Shown: positions 12,247-25,837, counted from the first letter of the stretch. The stretch: 64,000 nt of DNA from Laetmonice hystrix (GCA_965235115.1 OZ249436.1:49166001-49230000), one strand, 5' to 3'. Notes: generated from the letters alone by a model not told the origin. A program made the numbers and translations.

Positions 12247-15200
12247 CTCATGGTCTCATCGGTGACAACACTAAACCCACACTGACCGTGAACTCATGGT
12301 CTGATAACCAACCAACTGTATCGGTGACAACACTGAACCCACACTGACCGTGAACTCATGGTCTGATCACCAACCAACTGTATCGGTGACAACACTGAAC
12401 CCACACTGACCGTGAACTCATGGTCTGATCACCAACCAACTGTATCGGTGACAACACTAAACCCACACTAACCGTGAACTCATGGTCTGATCACCAACCA
12501 ACTGTATCGGTGACAACACTGAACCCACACTGACCGTGAACTCATGGTCTGATCACCAACCAACTGTATCGGTGACAACACTGAACCCACACTGACCGTG
12601 AACTCATGGTCTGGTCACCAACCAACTGTATCGGTGACAACACTGAACCCACACTGACCGTGAACTCATGGTCTGATCACCAACCAACTGTATCGGTGAC
12701 AACACTGAACCCACACTGACCGTGAACTCATGGTCTGATCACCAACCAACTGTATCGGTGACAACACTGAACCCACACTGACCGTGAACTTATGGTCTGA
12801 TCACCAACCAACTGTATCGGTGACAACACTGAACCCACACTGACCGTGAACTCATGGTCTGATCACCAACCAACTGTATCGGTGACAACACTGAACCCAC
12901 ACTGACCGTGAACTCATGGTCTGGTCACCAACCAACTGTATCGGTGACAACACTGAACCCACACTGACCATAAACTCATGGTCTGATCACCAACCAACTG
13001 TATCGGTGACAACACTGTCCGAACCCACACTGACCGTGAACTCATGGTCTGATCACCAACCAACTGTATCGGTGACAACACTGAACCCACACTGACCGTG
13101 AACTTATGGTCTGATCACCAACCAACTGTATCGGTGACAACACTGAACCCACACTGACCGTGAACACATGGTCTGATCACCAACCAACTGTATCGGTGAC
13201 AACACTGAACCCACACTGACCGTGAACTCATGGTCTGATCACCAACCAACTGTATCGATGACAACACTGAACCCACACTGACCGTGAACTCGTGGTCTGA
13301 TCACCAACCAACTGTATCGGTGACAACACTGAACCCACACTGACCGTGAACTCATGGTCTGATCACCAACCAACTGTATCGGTGACAACACTGAACCCAC
13401 ACTGACCGTGAACTCATGGTCTGATCACCAACCAACCAACTGTATCGGTGACAACACTGAACCCACACTGACCGTGAACTCATGGTCTGATCACCAACCA
13501 ACTGTATCGGTGACAACACTGTCCGAACCCACACTGACCGTGAACTCATGGTCTGATCACCAACCAACTGTATCGGTGACAACACTGAACCCACACTGAC
13601 CGTGAACTCATGGTCTGATCACCAACCAACTGTATCGGTGACAACACTGAACCCACACTGACCGTGAACTCATGGTCTGATCACCAACCAACTGTATCGG
13701 TGACAACACTGAACCCACACTGACCGTGAACTCATGGTCTGATCACCAACCAACTGTATCGGTGACAACACTGAACCCACACTGACCGTGAACTCATGGT
13801 CTGATCACCAACCAACTGTATCGGTGACAACACTGAACCCACACTGACCGTGAACACATGGTCTGATCACCAACCAACTGTATCGGTGACAACACTGAAC
13901 CCACACTGACCGTGAACTCATGGTCTGATCACCAACCAACTGTATCGGTGACAACACTGAACCCACACTGACCGTGAACTCATGGTCTGATCACCAACCA
14001 ACTGTATCGATGACAACACTGAACCCACACTGACCGTGAACTCATGGTCTGATCACCAACCAACTGTATCGGTGACAACACTGAACCCACACTGACCGTG
14101 AACTCATAGTCTGATCACTAACCAACTGTATCGGTGACAACACTGAACCCACACTGACCGTGAACTCATGGTCTGATCACCAACCAACTGTATCGGTGAC
14201 AACACTGTCCGAACCCACACTGACCGTGAACTCATGGTCTGATCACCAACCAACTGTATCGGTGACAACACTGAACCCACACTGACCGTGAACTCATGGT
14301 CTGATCACCAACCAACTGTATCGGTGACAACACTGAACCCACACTGACCGTGAACTCATGGTCTGATCACCAACCAACTGTATCGGTGACAACACTGAAC
14401 CCACACTGACCGTGAACACATGGTCTGATCACCAACCAACTGTATCGGTGACAACACTGAACCCACACTGACCGTGAACTCATGGTCTGATCACCAACCA
14501 ACTGTATCGGTGACAACACTGAACCCACACTGACCGTGAACTCATGGTCTGATCACCAACCAACTGTATCGGTGACAACACTGAACCCACACTGACCGTG
14601 AACTCGTGGTCTGATCACCAACCAACTGTATCGGTGACAACACTGAACCCACACTGACCGTGAACTCGTGGTCTGATCACCAACCAACTGTATCGGTGAC
14701 AACACTGAACCCACACTGACCGTGAACTCATGGTCTGGTCACCAACCAACTGTATCGGTGACAACACTGACCACACTGACCGTGAACTCATGGTCTGATC
14801 ACCAACCAACTGTATCGGTGACAACACTGAACCCACACTGACCGTGAACTCATGGTCTGATCACCAACCAACTGTATCGGTGACAACACTGAACCCACAC
14901 TGACCGTGAACTCATGGTCTGATCACCAACCAACTGTATCGGTGACAACACTGAACCCACACTGACCGTGAACTCATGGTCTGATCACCAACCAACTGTA
15001 TCGGTGACAACACTGAACCCACACTGACCGTGAACCCATGGTCTGATCACCGACCAATTGTATCGGTGACAACACTGAACCCACACTGACCGTGAACTCA
15101 TGGTCTGATCACCAACCAACTGTATCGGTGACAACACTGAACCCACACTGACCGTGAACTCATGGTCTGATCACCAACCAACTGTATCGGTGACAACACT

Positions 15201-15897
15201 GAACCCACACTGACCGTGAACTCATGGTCTGATCACCAACCAACTGTATCGGTGACAACACCCACACTGACCGTGAACTCATGGTCTGATCACCAACCAA
15301 CTGTATCGGTGACAACACTGAACCCACACTGACCGTGAACTCATGGTCTGATCACCAACCAACTGTATCGGTGACAACACTGAACCCACACTGACCGTGA
15401 ACTCATGGTCTGATCACCAACCAACTGTATCGGTGACAACACTGAACCCACACTGACCGTGAACACATGGTCTGATCACCAACCAACTGTATCGGTGACA
15501 ACACTGAACCCACACTGACCGTGAACTCATGGTCTGATCACCAACCAACTGTATCGGTGACAACACTGAACCCACACTGACCGTGAACTCATGGTCTGAT
15601 CACCAACCAACTGTATCGGTGACAACACTGAACCCACACTGACCGTGAACTCATGGTCTGATCACCAACCAACTGTATCGGTGACAACACTGAACCCACA
15701 CTGACCGTGAACTCATGGTCTGATCACCAACCAACTGTATCGGTGACAACACTGAACCCACACTGACCGTGAACTCATGGTCTGATCACCAACCAACTGT
15801 ATCGGTGACAACACTGAACCCACACTGACCGTGAACTCATGGTCTGATCACCAACCAACTGTATCGGTGACAACACTGAACCCACACTGACCATGAA
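12247..15897 (+). repeat. 62-bp tandem array (accgtgaactcatggtctgatcaccaaccaactgtatcggtgacaacactgaacccacactg), ~59 near-identical units
   Basis: The pattern shifts 2 nt per 60-nt line, giving a 62-bp period; no spacers. Confidence 0.97.
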
Positions 15898-16588
15898 CAT
15901 CAGACGGTGATTCTCAGGACGTTATGTTTACGTTCACGTTCATACTTGACCCTCGTTGAACGGTGACGTAATACGTTGACGGTGACGTTATACGTTTTCG
16001 ACCACTAAAAACTTGTTACAGCTATAAATTTACGACAACGTCTCTATCACACGACTTTCACCTAAAGCCTAATAATAGAATCGGCACACGAGGCAGTTTG
16101 ACACTCTATCGTGAACTGTGTTGTTAGTTTCGACCGAGACAAAACCACAATACCAAGTCGTGTCGACTCTCGGGCGGCAATATTTTGTTGGTAAAAACAC
16201 TCGTGGTGGCATTTGACAGTAAATTGGATAACAAAGGCCTGGGCCATTCAGTTTAAGCGAACTTTAAACGATCTTTAGAGGATCTAGTGTATCGACAAGA
16301 CAATTCGAGTTCAGTGTGGATCCCCGTGACGTTTGGTGTGGGCGTGGTCGGAGCAAGGTGAAAGGGAAAAGTTTCAACTCGGGAGATAAGCTATCAGGCA
16401 TTGTTGTAGGACTGTTGGCATACATTAGGGTGTACCTGGCTACTGGGTGTCATCCAAAACGTCAGTCTCCTGTCGCCTAGTGACAGATATCGTTGTAATA
16501 CACGCGGAGACGCTAGGAAATGTCAACTTTGGATCCGTTTATAGAAAAGTCACATGTGGGCGAGGTGCTGTAAACACCACATATACTG

Positions 16589-16732
16589 GCACCTTGTAAC
16601 GTGCACCCTGTAACGTGCATCTTGTAACGTGCACCCTGTAACGTGCATCTTGTAACGTGCACCCTGTAACGTGCACCTTGTAACGTGCACCCTGTAACGT
16701 GCATCTTGTAACGTGCACCCTGTAACGTGCAC
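16589..16732 (+). repeat. 14-bp tandem repeat alternating tgtaacgtgcaccc / tgtaacgtgcatct, ~10 units
   Basis: Direct inspection. Confidence 0.92.
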
Positions 16733-17135
16733 AGGTGTAAGCAAGAGAAGGCTGGGCCTACACATGGGCGAAAACTATTTAGACACGGTCTTAAAAATAG
16801 GGGTAGCAGTGAATGGCCCCTCTCCCTTCAAAATATTCCCATCCCACCAATCTATGTATACTAATACAATACATGTTTCTACGGTAAAGACTAGTGGACA
16901 CCTGTAGGTTCATTTGGGCGGTTTACCAGACGGTAATTAAGTGAAAAGATAAATTCCGACCTCAAGTCTATTTATATCGGTATAGTAAGTAAGGTTGTAA
17001 GAGTAATACATCAAATATATCGGTATATGGTGCTACACGGTCGGTACAGACAGGAGAGATCCCTCTCCCGTCGGTACAGCTTGGCATTTTTGACTCCAAT
17101 AAAGTTCTCGTTTTCCGAGCCTAAACCGTATCGTA

Positions 17136-18119
17136 TTCAGGGCCACAGGATTGGGTCGGATTTAGGGTCACAGGATTGGGTCGGATTCAGGATCACAGGG
17201 TTGGGTCGGGTTTAGGGTCACAGGATTGGGTCGGATTCAGGGCCATAAGATTGGGTCGGATTTAGGGTCACGGGATTGGGTCGGGTTTAGGGTCACAGGA
17301 TTGGGTCGGATTCAGGGCCACAAGATTGGGTCGGATTTAGGGTCACAGGATTGGGTCGGTTTAGGGCCACAGGATTGGGTCGGTGGGCCACAGGATTGGG
17401 TCGGTTTAGGGTCACAGGATTGGGTCGGTGGGCCACAGGATTGGGTCGGTTTAGGGCCACAGGATTGGGTCGGATTCAGGGCCACAAGATTGGGTCGGAT
17501 TTAGGGTCACAGGATTGGGTCGGGTTTAGGGTCACAGGATTGGGTCGGATTCAGGGCCACAAGATTGGGTCGGATTTAGGGTCACAGGATTGGGTCGGTT
17601 TAGGGCCAGAGGATTGGGTCGGTGGGCCACAGAATTGGGTCGGTTCAGGGCCACAGGATTGGGTCGGATTCAGGGCCACAGGATTGGGTCGGATTCAGGG
17701 CCACAGGATTGGGTCGTGTTTAGGGCCACAGGATTGGGTCGGTTTAGGGCCACAGGATTGGGTCGGTTTAGGGTCACAGGATTGGGTCGGTTTAGGGTCA
17801 CAGGATTGGGTCGGATTCAGGGCCACAGGATTGGGTCGGATTCAGGGCCACAAGATTGGGTCGGATTCAGGGCCACAGGATTGGGTCGGATTCAGGGCCA
17901 CAGGATTGGGTCGGGTTTAGGGCCACAGGATTGGGTCGGATTCAGGGCCACAGGATTGGGTCGGTTTAGGGTCACAGGATTGGGTCGGATTCAGGGCCAC
18001 AGGATTGGGTCGGATTCAGGGCCACGGGATTGGGTCGGTTTAAGGCCACAGGATTGGGTCGTGTTTAGGGCCACAGGATTGGGTCGGATTCAGGGCCACA
18101 GGATTGGGTCGGTTTAGGG
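17136..18119 (+). repeat. 24-25-bp G-rich minisatellite (tttagggtcacaggattgggtcgga / ttcagggccacaggattgggtcgga), ~40 units
   Basis: Direct inspection; two GGG runs per unit and TTAGGG in many units. Confidence 0.95.
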
Positions 18120-18940
18120 AACGTGTGACACAAGACCGTCAGTTCTGATTCCCCGACAATGTACGATAGTGGAAGCACTACATAACATTTTAACAATCTA
18201 ATGGGTTCTTCTTTTTTTCTACAAACCATAGAGTTGGGCCCTTCACATTGTGGAGTTGGTTGAACCTAAATAATTACCCGATGATTTCATTCACCTTTGT
18301 ATTGATTGCCCTACAACTCCCATGGTTATAAGATTAGGAAAAGGGCGATAAGGGTTCGTTGTGTTTTCTGAAAGAGTTTTCAGTGTTTTTTATTACTCTA
18401 ACCTTATTGCTTCAATGGGAGTCATTGATAATAATGTTTTGGCAGCGGCATTTGGTTGGAATCGAACGGATCCAGGGACAAAAAACATAAACAGCAGCTT
18501 TTATTTTAACGTTCATTGTGCTGATCAGTAGGGGGATCAGAGGGTGCGAAGGGTGTGCACCCCTGGGACAAACGTAAAAACCCTGCAACCTCTTCTACAA
18601 CCGTAAGGGGTCTAATATAGCCCCTTTTTCAGTAAATATTGCTAAGTGCTTTGGCCCCGTATTGGGTTGTTTTGGCCGTGATATCAAGCGATCGTCTCCA
18701 GCCCATGCCCACCCCATCCCGACCCTCACCCCACCCAGCTCCCACCCCATCCCGACCCCCACCCCACCTAGCTCATCAAAGTCACGAGGCACACCGATCA
18801 TGTGATTAGCTGTCATTATGTAATCGCCCGCCCACTCCAGCTTCCCCTTATGGCTTCCAATCAGCCAGGCATGAATTATGATGATATACGGCTGTGGGCC
18901 TAACCGATGGAATACCCGGGGACAGGGGCTGCGTGCGGCG

Positions 18941-18987
18941 GCTGCTGCTGCTGCTGTCATCCAGTCTAGTAAACCATAACCAGTGTC

Positions 18988-19031
<44 letters not shown>
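18941..19031 (+). repeat. (CTG)5 followed ~33 nt later by (CAG)14
   Basis: gctgctgctgctgctg at 18941-18956; CAG x14 at 18990-19031. Confidence 0.95.
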
Positions 19032-19033
<2 letters not shown>

Positions 19034-21908
19034 GACCACCAACCCACAGTGTCCCCGCTCCCTCCGCCCGCCGACATCAACGGATGGTGGAACCCCCGTG
19101 AATTGTCCCGGAGGCGGAGGGGCCCCTGATGGGGTGTTCCCACGGCCCCTGAGCACTGCGTCTTCCATTGGGACTGGGGGGGGGGGGTAATATCACCACC
19201 ATAGGGTCCGGGGTAGTATGCCATACACACAATAATTATTGTGTATAGTGGGTGTTAATACAAAACGCTGGTCTGCATCATCATTAATTACTTAATTAAT
19301 CAGGGTAAACACAAAACATGGATTGAGGTCCTGATTGTATGATCACTTGTCTTACGACGGTTGATATTTACTCGTGCTGTATGCAGTAAGAGCAATCTAA
19401 GATCGCGGCAATTACTTGTAGAAAATACTGTTTGGTTCTCATCACTGGATAGCTGATTGTTGGTTGTTATGTAATATTCCCACGTGATTATATTGTGTGC
19501 ACGTGTTGTAGGCTCGACTGTACACGACCTGGATGGGTAGGAGAGAGCACGTATCTATAGGCTGGGTGTTGTGCTAGTGTATAGATTTGTTATAGGCTTG
19601 GATAGGTAGGCTGCATGACGAGGACAGAGACATCATGTATGGTGCCGTCCCTGACGCTCAGTTTTTGCGCGGGTTTGCCCCCACTCCCACCCTCCTCTCG
19701 GCGGCCACAGACATCATGGAAGCCGGCAGTACATGGAGTCGCTGCTTACACTCCACCAACCCCTGTCGAGTATTTTCGCTGCATTTCCACGTCACATTGG
19801 AAATGCATCATGCAAAACTAATGCAAATTGGTGTGCACGTGCGTGTGTGCCGCATGCACGCTCCCCTGAGGATGCATACGCATGCACGTTGAGCGTGGCG
19901 ACCAATATGTGTGCGTGCGTGCCTCAACTCATGTAGGTGGTGGCGGTGGTGGTGGTGCAGGGGATGGCGGCGCGCATTGTTAAGTATGCGGCGTGAGGGT
20001 GGGGAGGGGGCGAGGAGGCCGGGGAGGGGGCGGGGAGGGAGGGAGTCAGGGACACTGCGCCGGGACCGGAGATTTTGTAGGCAGGGATGGAGGCCGGTCA
20101 GCCGGCCAACCCGACCCCACATCGTCACGGCCGGCTACCAGTCGACATCCTTGCAACCAACCAGACACAGCGCCAAACCATGCATGGGGAGGGCAAGGGG
20201 TATCTCAATATTATATCTGGTACATATTTGGTATGCGATGAGGAAAACAAGTGGACTCCGAAATAATATGCAAATCTACAAGAAATAGTACATTCAGCTT
20301 TACGCTTTCACCCATGCAGGCTGTGTGTTAACGTGCATTAATGCATGCATCAGATCCCAGGGCCAAGTTTATTACAGAATTAGGGATAAACTGACCTCAG
20401 CTATAGTTACCTGCAACAGACTGTCAATGCTATGCACTACTCACGCTGGCTCCAGGGTCGCAGTGAGCAGTTAGATAACACACACACATCGCTGATCACC
20501 AGAGAACCTAGCACACTCAACCCACCTGGTATACGTGCACTATGTGTGGCGTTCTCTCATTGCCCACAATCAGGTGTATTTTGTAATCCACAACAAAAAC
20601 AATTGAAGGCACTAACCCCGATTTTTGTCTGTTATTCAAGGAATTTTTAAAGAGCGGATCTGCCCCATAGCATTGCTGATTATAAACATACTTGTATGCC
20701 TCGTGTTTTTATCTGGCCTATTTCGGTGTGACGAACACATATCGTGCGTGCACGTGCACACCTTGCCTGATTGCTCACGAAATGACGCCTGAACTGTTTC
20801 TGCGCCCTAACTCAGGTATAATGACCCTCTTCCCTGCTCGCCGCCGCATCCCTCCCCCCCCCCCCCCCGTGTTCTGCTCACACACGTTCTACACATGTAT
20901 GGGCCACACAGCATGCGCCTCCAACCATATTTACAAGCAGGGCTCTCTAGAGGCAAGCTGTGACAGCCGTATAGCCGTGGAGGGGTCAGAGATAATGGGT
21001 AAGTAGAAATACGTATTGGTAGGAGGCTGATAATACCACGGCCAGGGAGACCCCACCACACGCATCCACACACACCGCCGAGTAGGCATGCCTCCGCATG
21101 GCCATCCAAACTACTTGCAATGTCTGCTGTTAGCACATTATACTACAACAACCATGTGCGCATGTGTGGGGGTAATGCCCGGAGCTGTCAGGCTGTCGAC
21201 ATATATCGGGGGTCCGCTCAACATCACTGAGGTTATCTCTTACCTAATAATGGATCTTTTATCTTCGAGGTTCTCGCCTGAGTCACGAAAAAGAAATCCC
21301 AAAATTATTTTAAAGTGTGAAATGTGACCCAGTGTGACCTCCCATGATGCTTCATTCAAGATGTCTGGCTGTAAGACACTAGTCTTGATTGCCGTGATGA
21401 CGATCTAGGCCTTGCCGCGCCAGTGAATTGACAGTTTTACGTGTTTTGTTGACGACATTACTGGGTGGGTATGACTGTTGTCGGGAGGTAGCAGATATTG
21501 ATCATGCTCAGTTAAATGACGTAGAAGCTAACAACTGAGGTTACACTGGGGAGTAGACCCTACAGGTCACACCTAAATACAAGCCAGCCTAGGGGTGGAG
21601 GACTGGGCATTATGAGTGAAAGAACCAATGTCGGCATGAGGCAATGCCAGAGGAAGGACATCGGACATGATAGAAAGAGAATAGTCAATTGAATGTATTC
21701 GTTGTACAAGATGGTGATATGGAGTCAAGGTAGGTGGTAATGGTGTAGTGCTCAACGAGTGTGGCCTAGTTCTTACGCTGCTGCAGCTACTGCTGCTGCT
21801 GCTGCTGCTGCTGCCTCTGCCACTGCAAGTGCCTGCTGCTTGCTTTGACTGAGGGAGTCCACCATCCAACACTGACTCACCAAATTGTATTCTTGTTTTT
21901 TTCAACAG

Positions 21909-21987
21909 CACTATGGGAAAATACCACTGATTGACTGCACCCTCGTGGAGGATTCGCATTCGGACATTTTCTTCTTTGATGATGACA
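21909..21987 (+). CDS. RASGRF: RasGRF exon E, PH2 (HYGKIPLIDCTLVEDSHSDIFFFDDD), phase 0 to 1
   Basis: Branch-like ctgactcac, T-tract and caacag| acceptor; A|gtaagt donor; LIDCTL motif. Confidence 0.93.
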
Positions 21988-22695
21988 GTAAGTATGTTTT
22001 TAGTATTGCGCCAATTGCCCCTGCAAGCCTCAACCCTCCCGACCCCCGTCCACCATTGCTCTATACGGCGGTTGTCGTCATACGGCCAGAGCCAAGGTCA
22101 CAGAAACCGCCTCCACGCACGCACATGGTCAAGGCAGAACATGGCAGTCGGCGAGCCCATCCTCCATAAACAGTTGGTGATATAGAGGTCGGCCGAGGCA
22201 CTGGGCCGCCGTGTCCTTACCGGTTTGCTGACCTAGCCATGCGTTAACCATATGGACTGGTAAAGCTACCTTACAGGCCGTATCACACATGTAAACTGGT
22301 CTTGTTGTTCCGATCTCATGGTTATCTGTACGATCTGCGACATCTGATACATCATCAGGTATGACATGGGTATATTACTACTGGGAGAAATCAACACACA
22401 TAATACATTATACCCTTCAAATATACTGTACCTAGGAAAATATGGTTCTACGGTATGAAAAGGTATGTTATTTAATGAGTGCTCAGGGGCGTAGGTAAGT
22501 GGGTACAAGTGGGTGGGTGTTGAAGGGAGGAGTGCAAGTAAGAGGACAAGAATATATAGGCGTATTGGCGTGTCTTCTGAAGTGTATGTGTGTCGGAAGA
22601 CCTGATTCCTCCCTGCCCCTCCGTGTTAGGTGTGTGAAATACGTCGCCGGAAGTTAGGTTGGCCAGTGCAAAAACTGGCACAGCTATTAGAACAT

Positions 22696-23910
22696 ACCCC
22701 CTGACACTGTTATTACAAGTTAGCACACCCCCTGACACTGTTATTACAAGTTAGCACACCCCTGACACATCTGTTACAAGTTAGCACACCCCTTGACACA
22801 TATATTACAAGTTAGCACACACCCTGACACATCTATTACAAGTTAGCACACCCCCTGACACATCTTTTACAAGTTAGCACACACCCTGATACAGTTATTA
22901 CACGTAAGCACACCTCGGAGACAGTTATCACAAGTTAGCACACACCCTGACACATCTATTACAAGTTAGCACACACCCTGACACATCTATTACAAGTTAG
23001 CACACACCCTGACACATCTATTACAAGTTAGCACACCCCCTGATACATCTATTACAAGTTAGCACACCCCCTGACACATCTATCACAAGTTAGCACACAC
23101 CCTGACACATCTATTACAAGTTAGCACACGCCCTGACACATCTATTACAAGTTAGCACACCCCCTGATACAGTTATTACACGGTAGCACACCTCTGAGAC
23201 AGTTATCACAAGTTAGCACACACCCTGACAAATCTATTACAAGTTACACATCCCCTGACACAGTTATAACGAAATAGAACACCCCTGACACATCTATTAC
23301 AAGTTAGCACACACCCTGACACATCTATTACAAGTTAGCACACCCCCTGATACATCTATTACAAGTTAGCACACCCCCTGACACATCTATCACAAGTTAG
23401 CACACACCCTGACACATCTATTACAAGTTAGCACACGCCCTGACACATCTATTACAAGTTAGCACACCCCCTGACACATCTATTACAAGTTAGCACACCC
23501 CCTGATACAGTTATTACACGGTAGCACACCTCTGAGACAGTTATCACAAGTTAGCACACACCCTGACAAATCTATTACAAGTTACACATCCCCTGACACA
23601 GTTATAACGAAATAGAACACCCCTGACACATCTATTACAAGTTAGCACACCCCCTGACACATCTATTACAAGTTAGCACACACCCTGGCACATCTATTAC
23701 AAGTTAGCACACCCCCTGATACATCTATTTCAAGTTAGCACACATCCTGACACATCTATTACAAGTTAGCGCACACCCTGACACATCTATTACAAGTTAC
23801 ACATCCCCTGACACAGTTATTACGAAATAGAACACCCCTGACACATCTATTACAAGTTAGCACACACCCTGACACATCTATTACAAGTTAGCACACCCCC
23901 TGACATATCT
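22696..23910 (+). repeat. 31-bp minisatellite (acaccctgacacatctattacaagttagcac), ~39 units with higher-order structure
   Basis: The variant block tgatacagttattacacg... recurs at ~22888, 23165 and 23503. Confidence 0.95.
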
Positions 23911-24702
23911 ACTACAGTTTAGCTCACCGATAGCACTTTGCTCACTTTTATATACTACTGCTGTTTAACAACACGTTACAATAACTTGGAGTACCCCGAA
24001 ACTTGGCGACATTTGCATAGACTACTCACAACGCTCTTCTACTGTTCACAGTGACTGCGATATTCAACAACACAAAGATAACCGTATAGATTCAGAAACA
24101 CAAGTGGACTAAGCCAAAACAGTCTTGGTGATAAAGTTAGCTTTACAATGTATTTACATTATCTTATTAGCCTATTAAACTAATACCTTCAGATGTCCTT
24201 TTAAAACATCCAGTCTTAACTTTCACATAAAGGCGATACAACAAAAAGTCGAAAGTTACTTTTTCTGAATGTAACCTATAGAACTCATAAACCCTCACAT
24301 TTTCAGAAAAATGTACATTGAAAAACCCATCATGTAAACACAGTAAGTAAGTGGAGGCATATGTCAATAGAAGTGACACAACCTATGGCATGCCGCCCAG
24401 GTTTCCCATAGGCCGGCTGAGCATGCCCTGTTCACTAACTGAGAAATCATGTTCGCAAAGCCGGGTTGCACTTAAACTATGATAGGCTTCTAAAGAAATA
24501 CTCAAGCTATTATGATAAGTCCTGAATTCCTGTTCATGTATATTGAAGCTGTAGGATGGGAAAGGCATCAAAGCATGCGACATTGTTTACTGACTCACTT
24601 GCTGTATTTATAACGAAACCTGAAAACAGGTGCACCTGTTCCTTCTCCTCCTTCCGACTGTCTCGAGCCTACCTTTACATGTTTGGCATCCATTAAGTAC
24701 AG

Positions 24703-25120
24703 AACACTATTATAGTATATCATTCTACTGAAAGGTAACACTAGTGTGCCATTCTATTGAAAGGTAACACTTATAGTATGTCGTTCTATTGAAAGGTAAC
24801 ACTGTTATAGTACATCATTCTATTGGAAGATAACACTATTATAGTATATCATTCTATTGGAAGATAACACTATTATAGTACTATGTCGTTCTATTGAAAG
24901 GTAACACTATTATAGTATATCATTCTATTGGAAGATAACACTATTATAGTACTATGTCGTTCTATTGAAAGGTAACAATATTATAGTATGTCATTCTATT
25001 GAAAGGTAACACTATTATAGTACATCATTCTATTGAAAGGTAACACTATTATAGTATGTCGTTCTATTTCAAGGTGACACTATTATAGTATGTCGTTCTA
25101 TCGCATGGTAACACTATTAT
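24703..25120 (+). repeat. ~34-bp AT-rich minisatellite (acactattatagtatgtcattctattgaaaggta), ~12 units
   Basis: Direct inspection. Confidence 0.93.
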
Positions 25121-25622
25121 GCCTCTTCTCTTATGTTCACTGATTCCTAAAGTTCACCAGTTTCTTGTGACGACATTAGGTCAAGAATTGCTGAGCTTCA
25201 CCTCTCCTCCTGTGTGTAAAATGTTAATTTTGATATTTCTATTAGGGACTACGATCCTGCTACCTCTTGTATATTTGAAACAGTTCATGTACGAGTTTTT
25301 TCTAACCAAAATCCACAATGTTGGACTCTTCCAAGTGCATTCAAAATTTGCGGAAAGCATTTATCTTTAGGCCTATCTAAAAATTGTATTTATGTTATTT
25401 TATTTTAAAAACCTGCACATTGATCTTGTGAACTGTAGAAAACAACAGAAATGATATTATGATATGAAAGCGGCATGCGACGTGACCTTGCCCCGAGTGT
25501 GTACGACATCAAGGACATCAACTAGTAGATAGTCTCGATATCTCAAGTCCACAGACGCAGGTCGTGGATATTTCCACCGTGCCTGTATCCTGTGAACTTT
25601 GAATGTTGTTTTACCCGGACAG

Positions 25623-25837
25623 CCTCCTCTCTCGACTCGAACGTGAGCGAGCGCAGCACTCAGTGTTCAAACAACAGTCTCCTGACGGCGGTCGTCAACG
25701 AGAAAGATCAAAGGCCCGACTACAATGGGCTCGACTTCCGCCTCATCCTGGACTCGAAGAGCGGGCCACCCGTGACCATCACCCTCGTGGCGTCCACGCT
25801 ACAGGAGAAGGCTGCCTGGTGTAGTGACATTGGACAG
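25623..25837 (+). CDS. RASGRF: RasGRF exon F, PH2 C-half (TSSLDSNV...LDFRLILDSKSGPPVTITLVASTLQEKAAWCSDIGQ), phase 1 to 0
   Basis: ttttacccggacag| acceptor; CAG|gtagga donor; PH terminal helix EKAAW.SDI. Confidence 0.94.

Noticed and set aside
12247-15897. CRISPR-like regular array
   Set aside because: Units are contiguous and near-identical with no unique spacers, there are no cas genes, and the context is a eukaryotic intron.
17027-18117. Gly/Arg-rich ORFs up to 189 aa
   Set aside because: Translations of the 24-25-bp minisatellite.
21573-21959. Minus-strand ORF with a GTGAGT donor overlapping exon E
   Set aside because: The apparent donor is the reverse complement of exon E's branch region (ctgactcac); the rest is CTG microsatellite.
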